A stretch of DNA of 64,000 bases from the NCBI GenBank assembly GCA_963750205.1, contig CAVVRJ010000016.1:163400-227399 (forward strand). The letters run 5' to 3'. This DNA comes from an uncultured Planctomycetota bacterium. GTDB taxonomy: Bacteria > Planctomycetota > Phycisphaerae > Sedimentisphaerales > Anaerobacaceae. Position numbers and translations under genes: made by a program. Shown here piece by piece: positions 41,718-51,833 of the stretch; the stretch's first letter is position 1; the number at the start of each line of letters is the position of its first letter. The notes beneath the pieces were generated by a model. It ran no database searches, was not told the DNA's origin, and saw nothing but the letters and a program-made list of their open reading frames with translations.

Positions 41718-43613
41718 ATGGCCTTGGTATCGCTGCAAGAGATCAGTATCGCCTTTGGCGGGCCCCCGCTGCTGGAGAGGGTCAATCTGCAAATCGACAA
41801 GCACCAGCGGATCGGTCTGCTGGGCCGCAACGGGACCGGCAAGTCGACGCTGATGAAGATCCTCGCCGGACAGGTCGTCCCGGATGCGGGGACCGTGCAG
41901 GCGGAAGCGGGACTGAAGATCGCGTACTTCTCGCAGACGATCCCGCAAGACCTCGAGGGCTCGGTCTTCGAGATCATCGCGCGCGGCCTGGGCCAACGCG
42001 GCGAATTGATGGTGCGCTACCATCGCGAGGAAGCGCGGCTGGCGGCGCATCGGGATCCCGACCACCGCCGGCTGCACCAGTTGCACGAACAACTGGACGC
42101 CCATCGGGCGTGGTCGGTGCTCGAAGAAATCGCGAGCATCACGACCCGCATGGGCCTGGACCCCGACGGGGATTACCCGGCCCTTTCGGGCGGTCAGAAG
42201 CGGCGGGTGCTGCTGGCGGCGGCGCTGGTGTGCGAGCCCGACCTGCTCCTGCTGGATGAGCCGACGAACCACCTGGATATCGACGCGATCGCCTGGCTGG
42301 AGAACTATCTGCTCGGGATGGGCAAGACGCTCTTGTTCGTCACGCACGACCGCCTGCTGCTGCGCCGGCTGGCCACGCGGATCATCGAGATCGACCGGGG
42401 GCAGTTGTTCGACTGGTCGTGCGACTACGACACGTTCCTCGCACGCAAGCAGGCGACGCTCGAGGCCGAGGAGAAGGAGTGGGAACGCTTCGACAAGAAG
42501 CTGGCCCAGGAAGAGGTCTGGATTCGCCAGGGCATCAAGGCCCGGCGCCACCGCAACGAAGGGCGCGTGCTCGCCCTGCAGAAGATGCGCGCCGAGCGTC
42601 AGGCCCGGCGCGAAAAGCTGGGGACCGCCCGGTTGAAGCTGGGCGACGCCCAGAGCTCGGGCGCGATGGTGCTGGAGGCCAAGGGCGTCGGCTATAGCTA
42701 TGACGACCAGCTGCTCATCCGGGATTTCGACGCGCTGGTCACGCGGGGGGACAAGATCGGCATCATCGGACCCAATGGGTGCGGCAAGACCACGCTGGTG
42801 CGGCTGCTGCTGGGCGAGCTGACGCCGCAGACGGGCACGGTCCGGCAGGGAACGCAACTGTCGATCACCTACTTCGACCAGTTGCGCCGCAAGCTCGACG
42901 AGGATAAGAGCGTCTGGGAGAACGTGCTGCCCAACGGGAGCACCGTGACCATCGACGGCAAGAGCAAGCACATCATCGGCTATCTCCAGGACTTTCTGTT
43001 CACGCCGGAGCGGGCCAAGACGCGCGTCCGCTACCTCTCCGGCGGGGAACGCAACCGACTGCTGCTGGCCCAGCTCTTCACCCAACCCGCCAACCTCCTG
43101 GTCCTCGACGAGCCGACCAACGATCTGGACAGCGAGACGCTGGAACTGCTCGAAGAGCTGCTGGTCAACTTCCCGGGGACCGTGCTGCTGATCTGCCACG
43201 ACCGGGCGTTTCTCGACAACGTCGTCACCAGCACCTGGGTCTTCACGGGCGCCGGCGCGATCGCAGAGTACGTCGGCGGCTACCAGGACTGGCGCCGGCA
43301 GCAGAGCCAGGAAGCGCCCGCGCCCGAGAAGCCCCAGGTTGACAAGAAGAAGCTCTACCAGGAAGCCCGCAAGGCCCGCCAAACGCGGAAGCTCTCGTTC
43401 AAGGAGTCCCGGGAGTTGGAGTCGTTGCCGGCGCTGATCGAGTCGCTGGAAGGCGAGCTGGCCGTCCTGCACCAACAACTGGCCGACCCGGCGTTCTATC
43501 GCCACCCCGACAACGTCATCCTCGCCACGAAGCGCCTGGCCGAGCTCGAAGCCCAACACGCCCAAGCCTTCGCGCGCTGGGAGCACCTCGAATCCATCGC
43601 CGCGGCATCCTGA
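41718..43613 (+). CDS. ABC-F family ATPase (two ABC domains, Uup/YheS-like)
   Basis: Two Walker A motifs (GRNGTGKST, GPNGCGKTT), two LSGG signatures, and an inter-domain linker. The 791-aa antisense ORF is a shadow. Confidence 0.85.
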   Translation: MALVSLQEISIAFGGPPLLERVNLQIDKHQRIGLLGRNGTGKSTLMKILAGQVVPDAGTVQAEAGLKIAYFSQTIPQDLEGSVFEIIARGLGQRGELMVRYHREEARLAAHRDPDHRRLHQLHEQLDAHRAWSVLEEIASITTRMGLDPDGDYPALSGGQKRRVLLAAALVCEPDLLLLDEPTNHLDIDAIAWLENYLLGMGKTLLFVTHDRLLLRRLATRIIEIDRGQLFDWSCDYDTFLARKQATLEAEEKEWERFDKKLAQEEVWIRQGIKARRHRNEGRVLALQKMRAERQARREKLGTARLKLGDAQSSGAMVLEAKGVGYSYDDQLLIRDFDALVTRGDKIGIIGPNGCGKTTLVRLLLGELTPQTGTVRQGTQLSITYFDQLRRKLDEDKSVWENVLPNGSTVTIDGKSKHIIGYLQDFLFTPERAKTRVRYLSGGERNRLLLAQLFTQPANLLVLDEPTNDLDSETLELLEELLVNFPGTVLLICHDRAFLDNVVTSTWVFTGAGAIAEYVGGYQDWRRQQSQEAPAPEKPQVDKKKLYQEARKARQTRKLSFKESRELESLPALIESLEGELAVLHQQLADPAFYRHPDNVILATKRLAELEAQHAQAFARWEHLESIAAAS

Positions 43614-43806
43614 GGACCCCGCGCCAATCCCGGGAAGACCAGGGCTGCACAGAACAGGACTGTCGGAAGCGTTTGGCGCTTTACGGGTGCAAGCGGGGAG
43701 AGGAGTGGGGCCCGCCCGGTGGCTCTTGCCGTCTCCAAATGGTAGCCTCGGGGACACCTCGAATATCTTCCTGCATGTGCCTCACCTTAATTTGTATCTT
43801 GAGGGC

Positions 43807-43855
43807 TGACCCTCGAAGTTCCCTCGAAGTTCCCCCTGACCCTCGAAGTTCCCCT
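43807..43855. repeat. three tandem copies of (TGA)CCCTCGAAGTTCC immediately upstream of the candidate promoter
   Basis: tgaccctcgaagttcc ctcgaagttccc cctgaccctcgaagttcccc. Confidence 0.6.
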
Positions 43856-43886
43856 TCGTCGCCTGGGGGTATTGAAGTTGTTGGGT

Positions 43887-43915
43887 TTGACAATCTCGCC
43901 GCGTGGTGTCATACT
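43887..43915 (+). promoter_or_regulatory. candidate sigma-70 promoter for the TolB-like gene
   Basis: TTGACA, then a 17-nt spacer (atctcgccgcgtggtgt), then CATACT. Lies 77 nt upstream of ATG 43992. Confidence 0.4.
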
Positions 43916-43955
43916 GATGCTTGCGCGGGCCGGTGGCGTAGCCGGTCGTTGGTAA

Positions 43956-45344
43956 ATGGAAAGTGCCGACCAGAGTCGCCGGAGGCACCCGATGCAAACT
44001 CAGACGAAGACTCTCATTTCAATCCCACTCGTTATTGCCGGCCTGCTTGTGCTCGCGCACGCTGTTGACAGCCCTTCCTCATCGACTCGTTCTGCCGACC
44101 AAAGCCCAGGCAAGGACAGCAATTCTGTTGCTGCGTTCCGCCAACGTATAACTGCCAAAGTCGAGCTGGTGAAGGAGGGTGTGCAAACATGGGCATCCAA
44201 GGGGCGCGATCCGTCGGCCATTGTGAAGACGCTTCAAGAGACGATCAAACCTCTGATCGATGCTGGTAAAGCTATCGAAGCTGAGGCTGAGTTGGATCGT
44301 CTGCTCGAACAACTAAAGCAGCCCGCGCCAGCTCCGAGTGACGGCCGGCCAGCTCGCGAGAAGTCTCTGGGCAACAAGATCAGAATAGACCCAACCGATC
44401 ATTTCAGCGTCTGGGTCTCCAAAATGGATGGCAGTGACCGAGGACTGATCCTAAGCGATCCTAAACGGCAGATCACTCACACGCGTGTATCCCCGGATCT
44501 GAAATGGATCGTTTTCACAACCTACAACAATCCTGGCAAGGACGGATTGGCAGTAGAAGGCAAGGGCTATGCGAACACCGAGATAGGTCTCTTCCAGCTT
44601 GGTGGAACTGAAACCAGAACCATCGCCGGTCCAGTGCCTGGGGAAGTCAATGCCAATGCCAGCTTTTCGTCAGATGGGAAACGTATCATCTTTGCATCCA
44701 CCCGCTCGGGCAAAGGAGCCCACCTCTATTGGTATGACGTCGAGACCGGATTGACCACCCAGGTTCCCACGCCACCTTCGCTGCATCAACTGTCGGACCC
44801 GCACGAAGTAGGGAACAAGATCGTGTTCCCCTCGAATCCAGGACCCCGCGGCGGCTTGCAGGGTATTTGGCTGATGAACCGGGATGGCTCTAACGCCCGC
44901 CAAATCACTTTTCCGCAGAAGGCCGCGGACGCTCCATCGGAGAGCATCAGCCAGGGAGACTATGATCCCCGGCTTTCCCCCGATGGCTCCCGCTTCACCA
45001 TTTTGCGGAATGTAGGCGGGGCCTTTCACGTTGTGTTGGCTGACGCGGCCTCGGGGCAGGAAAAAGACTTGACCGAGCCCCTTTTTCCCGACCGAAAGCA
45101 AACCGCGGAAGGAGTGGCCGCCTGGTCAAGTGATGGGAATTTGCTCGTCTTTCGCCATATTGCCCTGCCCCGGGAAGGCCCTCGGGGGGTCGGCATTTAC
45201 ATCATGAAACCAGATGGAAGCGGGCGAAAGAAGATCCCCATCGCGAAAGGAGAATTCCCTCACGTTCAGCCTGAGTTCTTTCCTGAGGGATCGGGTCCCG
45301 AGACTCGGGTAATTTATCAAACGGAGAAGAACCCGCTATTTTGA
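43956..45344 (+). CDS. TolB-like WD40/PD40 beta-propeller repeat protein, secreted
   Basis: Likely start MQTQTK at 43992 with RBS GGAGG at 43979. PD40 repeats (SPDGKRIIFASTRSGKGAHLYWYDVETG; SPDGSRFTIL). Lower G+C than the flanking DNA. Confidence 0.65.
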   Translation: MESADQSRRRHPMQTQTKTLISIPLVIAGLLVLAHAVDSPSSSTRSADQSPGKDSNSVAAFRQRITAKVELVKEGVQTWASKGRDPSAIVKTLQETIKPLIDAGKAIEAEAELDRLLEQLKQPAPAPSDGRPAREKSLGNKIRIDPTDHFSVWVSKMDGSDRGLILSDPKRQITHTRVSPDLKWIVFTTYNNPGKDGLAVEGKGYANTEIGLFQLGGTETRTIAGPVPGEVNANASFSSDGKRIIFASTRSGKGAHLYWYDVETGLTTQVPTPPSLHQLSDPHEVGNKIVFPSNPGPRGGLQGIWLMNRDGSNARQITFPQKAADAPSESISQGDYDPRLSPDGSRFTILRNVGGAFHVVLADAASGQEKDLTEPLFPDRKQTAEGVAAWSSDGNLLVFRHIALPREGPRGVGIYIMKPDGSGRKKIPIAKGEFPHVQPEFFPEGSGPETRVIYQTEKNPLF

Positions 45345-45364
45345 GGTGGGGATACTGGGGGGGC

Positions 45365-45487
45365 GGGCTTCGCAGGGCCTGCCCTCAAATTAGCAATTAG
45401 CGGGGAGTGTTCCTTGGTGGGGACTACGAGGATCAGCCCTCAAATCAGCGCTTAGCAGATCGAGGGGCCAAAGGGGCAGGCGCTGTA
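45365..45487. repeat. ~120-nt repeat element copy R2 (imperfect terminal inverted repeats CGCAGGGCCTGCCC / GGGCAGGCGCTG)
   Basis: Near-identical to 46282..46400 and partially to 41480..41560. Lies between the TolB-like gene and vapB. Confidence 0.8.
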
Positions 45488-45549
45488 GAATCTCTCCTCG
45501 CACACTTTCTGCGGCCTTCGCGGGATTTGCTCTTGATCCACACACCTCC

Positions 45550-45777
45550 ATGTGTTATGCTTTGTGTGGAAAGGAGCTGATTATGGCTACGAATCTGGCC
45601 CTGGACAATCGCCTGATCGAGGAAGCCCAAGCTGTGGGCGGCCACAAGACCAAGAAGGAAGCCGTCACGGCGGCCCTGAAAGAGTACGTCGCCCGGCGCG
45701 AGCAACTCGGCGTGCTGAAGCTCATCGGCAAGATCGAGTTCGATCCCGCCTACTGCTATAAGGACGCCCGGAGATGA
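45550..45777 (+). CDS. vapB: type II antitoxin, VapB family
   Basis: Likely start MATNLALDNRLIEEAQAVGGHKTKKEAVTAALKEYVARRE at 45583. Stop overlaps the vapC start (ATGATGA). Confidence 0.65.
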   Translation: MCYALCGKELIMATNLALDNRLIEEAQAVGGHKTKKEAVTAALKEYVARREQLGVLKLIGKIEFDPAYCYKDARR

Positions 45778-46180
45778 TGAGGGTCCTCATCGACACCTGC
45801 GTCTGGTCGAAGGTGCTGCGGCGCAAGCGCCGGACAAGGACCTCGCGGCCTTGATTGAGGACCTGATCCGGGAGGGGCGTGTCGTGTTGATCGGGCCGAT
45901 CCGACAGGAGCTTCTCTCCGGCGTGCCCAACGCGGCGCAGTTCGAGATTCTCCGCAAGGTGCTCGATCCCTTCGAGGAGATCTCCCTGAGAACGGAACAC
46001 TTCACGCGAGCCGCCGAATTCAGCAACCAATGCCGCCGCAAGGGTGTCCAAGGTTCAACCATCGATTTCCTGATCTGTGCCGTGGCCGCCCTCGAAGAAC
46101 TCCAGATCCTGACCACCGATTCCGACTTCCTCCGCTACGCCAAGCACCTCCCCATCAACCTCTGCGGCATCAGCACCTGA
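45774..46180 (+). CDS. vapC: PIN-domain toxin VapC (one apparent 1-nt deletion near 45835)
   Basis: MMRVLIDTCVWSKVLRRKR runs into a stop. The same PIN domain continues in ORF 45851..46180 (DLAALIEDLIREGRVVLIGPIRQELLSG...ILTTDSDF). A CCC->CC change would restore the frame. Confidence 0.6.
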
Positions 46181-46281
46181 TCTCGGGGTAGGAATTCCGC
46201 GGCTGTCTGCGGGGTCGTTGCTCAAGGCAACAGCCGTTGCAGCTTCTTATACAGCTCTGCGCCCCACCCAAGCGTGGAGCG

Positions 46282-46400
46282 GGGCTTCGCAGGGCCTGCC
46301 CTCAAATTAGCAATTAACGGGGAGTGTTCCTTGGTGGGGACTACGAGGATCAGCCTCCAAATCAGCAATTAGCAGATCGAGGGGGCAAAGGGGCAGGCGT
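46282..46400. repeat. ~120-nt repeat element copy R3
   Basis: About 95% identical to R2 over roughly 118 nt and lies immediately after vapC. Together with R2 it brackets the vapBC module as direct repeats. Confidence 0.8.
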
Positions 46401-46563
46401 TGGGCAAAGGGGATTGCCGCCCAGCCTGTCACGGCATCGTCTCCGGTCACCATGCTCCCGCCCCAAGCTTGTCCCCCCGCAGGCGGGGAGCGGTAAACCT
46501 CCCCCGCACGACCGCCGGGGGCGTGCCCGGCTTCACCGGATGCCGGCAGCCACAGGCGTTCTT

Positions 46564-46600
46564 GGGTTCCCAAACGCGATACGTCGCGTTGGGGAGACCC
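46564..46600. repeat. palindromic REP-like element, same family (copy 2)
   Basis: gggttcccaaacgcgatacgtcgcgttggggagaccc. Confidence 0.7.
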
Positions 46601-46660
46601 TCTCGTCCCTAGCGTGACTCGCTTCGTTTCCTGCCCCGATTCCCAGCAATGAATTGCTGG

Positions 46661-46696
46661 GCTATGGCCTGGGTTCCCAAACGCGAAACTCTGCGT
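46661..46696. repeat. palindromic REP-like element, same family (copy 3)
   Basis: gggttcccaaacgcgaaactctgcgtttggggtccc. Confidence 0.7.
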
Positions 46697-46942
46697 TTGG
46701 GGTCCCTCTTTCGCCCTCCGGGCTGGACTGGCTTTAGGGATGAGCATTTCTCCCGTATTTTGGGTTTTTGTATAACATACAGACATCGAGAGACGTCTAT
46801 TATAGAGTGCGGCTGCCGCTGGAGGGGGCCGCGACGATGCGCGGGGTCAGGGACTCCGCGGAGGGGACGGGAGCAAAGAAACGTCCATCGGGGAGAAGTG
46901 GCAGGTGGGAAGTTGGAAGTGTCAAGCCAAGAGGGGCTCCGA

Positions 46943-47442
46943 GGGGAACCCGGTCGGTGGTACAAACAAAGCCAATTGGAAGAGAGTTTCAAGTTGGAGG
47001 TGTCAAGTGTCAAGAGGGCAAGGCAGTGGTCCGTGGTCCGAGCTTCAAACTTCACACTCCACACGGCAAACTCGGCCGACGGCCATTCGCGCGAAACGAA
47101 GCCAATCGAGCGCCCCGACTCCGCGTTTGGTGGTTCCTCCGTCCGCCAGAAACGCCTGGCGGCGTCACTACGAACGAGGCGACCGTGCCAAACAAAGCCA
47201 ATTCCCGGCCGGGCCCGCCGTCCGCTTTGGCCGCCCGCCCCTGGGGTCGGGAGTCTGCCGCACACCAAAGATGCGAAACAAAGCCAATTTGCCGCGAGGA
47301 CGTAATGACGGCCAATCGGGAGATTGGCGGTCCCAGGAAATATGCGAAACGAACCCAATTTCCGGGGGAGGGTGCGGACTGGCCCCGGTCGGCCAAGGCG
47401 GGCAGACCCCCGCTGGGGTTGGGCGTGCGAAACAAAGCCAAT
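46943..47442. repeat. array of six ~19-nt direct repeats (consensus rTGCGAAACAAAGCCAATTy) with irregular 50-110-nt spacers, in a 1.1-kb ORF-free region
   Basis: Copies at 46943, 47091, 47186, 47272, 47343 and 47425. Each spacer contains its own short hairpin (for example CGCCAGaaacgcCTGGCG, GCCAATCgggaGATTGGC). The overlapping multi-frame ORFs here are Arg/Gly-rich shadows. Confidence 0.7.
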
Positions 47443-47665
47443 TCAGGAGGAGTCTCAAGTGGAAAGTGTCGAGTTTGAAGTGCGGCGTTTGAAGCCGGAG
47501 GGCTTGCCGGCGGTTCTGCTTGCTTGACCCTTGAAACTCCAAACTTGACACTTCGCGCAAACGTATGGTTCTGCGAACGAGCTTGCCAACCTTGCGTTCC
47601 GCCGGTATAGTTCTGCCCACGTGCAGGATGCATTGTGAGCGAACCCAAGCGATCTCTCATCCGGT

Positions 47666-47727
47666 GGATTGAGATTGCTTCCCCTGCCTTCGCAGGGGCA
47701 GGCGTTGCGCGGTCCTCGCAATGACAT
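47666..47727. repeat. variant copy of the GATTGAGATTGCTTC...CCTCGCAATGACAT element with an internal CCCCTGCCttcgCAGGGGCAGG palindrome
   Basis: Lies 48 nt upstream of ettA. A further copy is truncated by the window start at 1..35. Confidence 0.6.
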
Positions 47728-47774
47728 GCGGGGCGTTTGTCTCGTTGGCTCTGATCCGATGATGGGGATTCTGC

Positions 47775-49487
<1,713 letters not shown>

Positions 49488-49568
49488 TTTGTGATTCCAG
49501 ATTTACAGATCGACACTGCAACCAGCGACACTTCGCACATTATGTAGTCAGCTTAAAGGGGAGAAATC

Positions 49569-50447
49569 ATGTCGATGAAGATTCTACCGCAGCAGTCTCG
49601 TTCTTATGGCTCTTTCGTCGGTCCAGGCGCAGGAGCAGAAGACGCCGGCCGCCGATACGGGCGATGCCTCGTACAAGCTCGTCTGGGCGGATGAGTTCAA
49701 CTACAACGGTGTGCCGGACCCCAATAAATGGACCTACGAGCGCGGTTTCGTGCGTAACCGAGAGCTGCAATGGTATCAGCCGGAGAACGCCCGGTGCGAG
49801 AACGGCATGCTCATCATCGAGGCCCGGCGCGAGCGCAAGCCGAATCCCGGACGCCCAGGCCGACGCTGGGAAGCGCCGCGGGAGCCGGGAATCCGCCGAG
49901 TACACCTCCGCGAGCGTGACCACGAAGGGTCTGCACAGTTGGCAGTACGGCCGGTTCGAGATGCGGGCGCGGATCGACACGCGGCCCGGTCTGTGGCCCG
50001 CCTTCTGGACGGTGGGCGTCGCAGGCCGCTGGCCCCAGGGCGGCGAGATCGACATCATGGAATACTACAGGGGCATCCTCTTGGCCAACGTCGCCTGGGG
50101 CTCCAAGCAGCCCGGGACGGCCAAATGGCATCGACAGCAAGAAGCCCCTCACGGAGTTCGGCGATCCTGATTGGTCCAAGAAGTTCCACGTCTGGCGGAT
50201 GGACTGGGACGAAAAGAGCATCAAGCTCTACGTGGACAACCTGCTGCTCAATTCCACCGACCTCAAGGACACCGTCAACGAGGACGAAGAGGCCAAGAAC
50301 CCCTTCCACCAGCCCCACTACATCATCCTGAATCTCGCCATCGGCGGCACCTCCGGCGGCGATCCCTCCGCCACCGAGTTCCCCGCCCGGTTCGAAGTGG
50401 ATTACGTGCGCGATCTATCAGAGGCAGACGCAATAGAGACGGCGTAG
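49569..50447 (+). pseudogene. GH16 beta-glucanase (laminarinase-like), >=3 apparent frameshifts
   Basis: Signal peptide MSMKILP... Fragments 49606..50331 (KLVWADEFNYNG...), 49484..50170 (WPAFWTVGVAGRWPQGGEIDIMEY, catalytic ExDxxE) and 50199..50447 (KFHVWRMDWDEKSIKLYVDN). Confidence 0.65.
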
Positions 50448-50511
50448 GGTGGGGCTTGCCCCACCGACACGGCGAATGCGCAGGAATTCGGTGGGGCAAG
50501 CCCCACCCTAC
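50444..50511 (+). terminator. long hairpin (GTAGGGTGGGGCTTGCCCCACC ... GGTGGGGCAAGCCCCACCCTAC), candidate terminator and repeat-family member
   Basis: It begins at the TAG stop of the GH16 gene. The stem is 22 nt and the loop 24 nt. Confidence 0.5.
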
Positions 50512-50530
50512 ATGCGCGTGGTCTGCGTAG

Positions 50531-51796
50531 CTACCGGCGCGTGGTCGCGGAAGGCGGGTGATCCAATATGGGGCCGATGTCGAGGACGTACATCTGCCGG
50601 CCCAGGCCCTCGTGAGTGGCATCGATGGAGACGATCCGGCTATTCCGGCTAAGCCTCGGATGCAGGTCTACTCGGAAGATGCCGTCCGGGGCGGTGGATT
50701 TGAGCTTGGCCAGCAGCACGAACCGTTTGCGTCGGCTTGTGGAACAGGAACAGGTACTGGTAGCCCTTGATGGCGTAGGTGTCGGAGATGAGCCAGTCGC
50801 CGCCGGGACCGGGGATCGAGCTGGCGTGACCGTTGTACGAGGATTGAAGAGCCGGCCCTGCGCCTTGCCAGTCCCGTCGTCCCGATAGAGATAATAGCCG
50901 CGGCCGTCCAGAAGGGTCTGGTCGTCCTGCCACTCGTGATGACTCGGCTGGTCGTACAGGAAGCGAACGTCCGTGCCATCGGCCTTCAGGGAGTAGGCTT
51001 TGTCAAAGTTGTTCTGGGGGTCTTTGACGAACGCGATGAAGCGCGACCCGGAGAGGTTCCAGCCCTCGCGGAAGATGTAGAGACAGCCGGAGGAGGGCGG
51101 GCCTTGGGGATAGGCGATCCGGGCCATCTTCTCCAGGCTCAGCAGGAGCACGGCGTCGCCCGTATTCAGGTCCATTTTCCAGATGCCCGTTTCCTTGGGA
51201 GCGTACTGGTCCGCGTACTTGTCCTTGATCCCGACATAGGGGGTGCCGCCATGCTTCATCCGCTCGAAATCGTGCGTCAGGGCGCAGGTGCCATCGGGCG
51301 ACAGCGTGTAGATGGGCCGGGGCAAGGTTCGTCTCGCCCCCGTCTTGAAGTTGTACACCCGGCACACGTAGCCGGCGCCATCGTCCGAGCGGTCATTCCA
51401 CAGGATTTCCTCCGAGCCGGGCCGCCATTGCAGGCGGGCGCCCTGCTGCCAGTTCCACGCCGTCGTCGCGCCGATCTGGGTCCATTTGTACCCGTCTTGC
51501 AGATCGATGACGCCGATCTCTGCACAGTCGGTCGGGCGAACGTCGCGGTTCTGACAATGGACTCTCATGCCGAGGATGTACCGGTCCGTCGGATCGAATT
51601 GCAGGCACTGATAGAAGAAGAAGCCGGTGTAGATCGGGTTCTCGCTCGTTCCCGGCTCGGAGACGCGGATGAGCTTCGGATACCGGGCATTCTCGCCTGC
51701 CATCAACTCCGCGAAGCTGCCGTAGGTCGTGTACGGCGGACCGTCCTGCGCCGCGACCGCCGCCGACACAACCAAAGCCGCCAGCAATACGGGCAT
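50531..51796 (-). CDS. hypothetical secreted beta-propeller-like protein (oligogalacturonide-lyase-like?), two apparent frameshifts
   Basis: Signal peptide MPVLLAALVVSAAVAAQ. The out-of-frame patch at about 50650-50940 is restored by frame 50649..50933. Confidence 0.3.
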   Translation of the reverse strand: MPVLLAALVVSAAVAAQDGPPYTTYGSFAELMAGENARYPKLIRVSEPGTSENPIYTGFFFYQCLQFDPTDRYILGMRVHCQNRDVRPTDCAEIGVIDLQDGYKWTQIGATTAWNWQQGARLQWRPGSEEILWNDRSDDGAGYVCRVYNFKTGARRTLPRPIYTLSPDGTCALTHDFERMKHGGTPYVGIKDKYADQYAPKETGIWKMDLNTGDAVLLLSLEKMARIAYPQGPPSSGCLYIFREGWNLSGSRFIAFVKDPQNNFDKAYSLKADGTDVRFLYDQPSHHEWQDDQTLLDGRGYYLYRDDGTGKAQGRLFNPRTTVTPARSPVPAATGSSPTPTPSRATSTCSCSTSRRKRFVLLAKLKSTAPDGIFRVDLHPRLSRNSRIVSIDATHEGLGRQMYVLDIGPILDHPPSATTRR

Positions 51797-51833
51797 CTTC
51801 CAGATCTGCGTGCATCTTCATCTTCTCTCTTCG

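Noticed and set aside
41382-43757. 791-aa ORF on the minus strand
   Set aside because: It is exactly antisense to the ABC-F gene 41718..43613. Its composition is Arg/Leu/Gly-rich low complexity typical of GC-rich shadow frames, and it has no recognisable motifs.
46943-47442. CRISPR array interpretation of the six direct repeats
   Set aside because: The repeat is only about 19 nt, spacers are irregular (50-110 nt), no cas genes or leader-like AT-rich region are in the window, and each spacer has its own internal hairpin. It is kept as an unclassified repeat array instead.
46609-47620. Several 150-250-aa ORFs in three frames on both strands (46609..47358, 46649..47305, 46768..47478, 46905..47492, 47168..47620)
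   Set aside because: They are mutually overlapping with Arg/Gly/Pro-dominated low-complexity translations. The region is better explained as non-coding repeat DNA (six 19-nt direct repeats plus palindromes).
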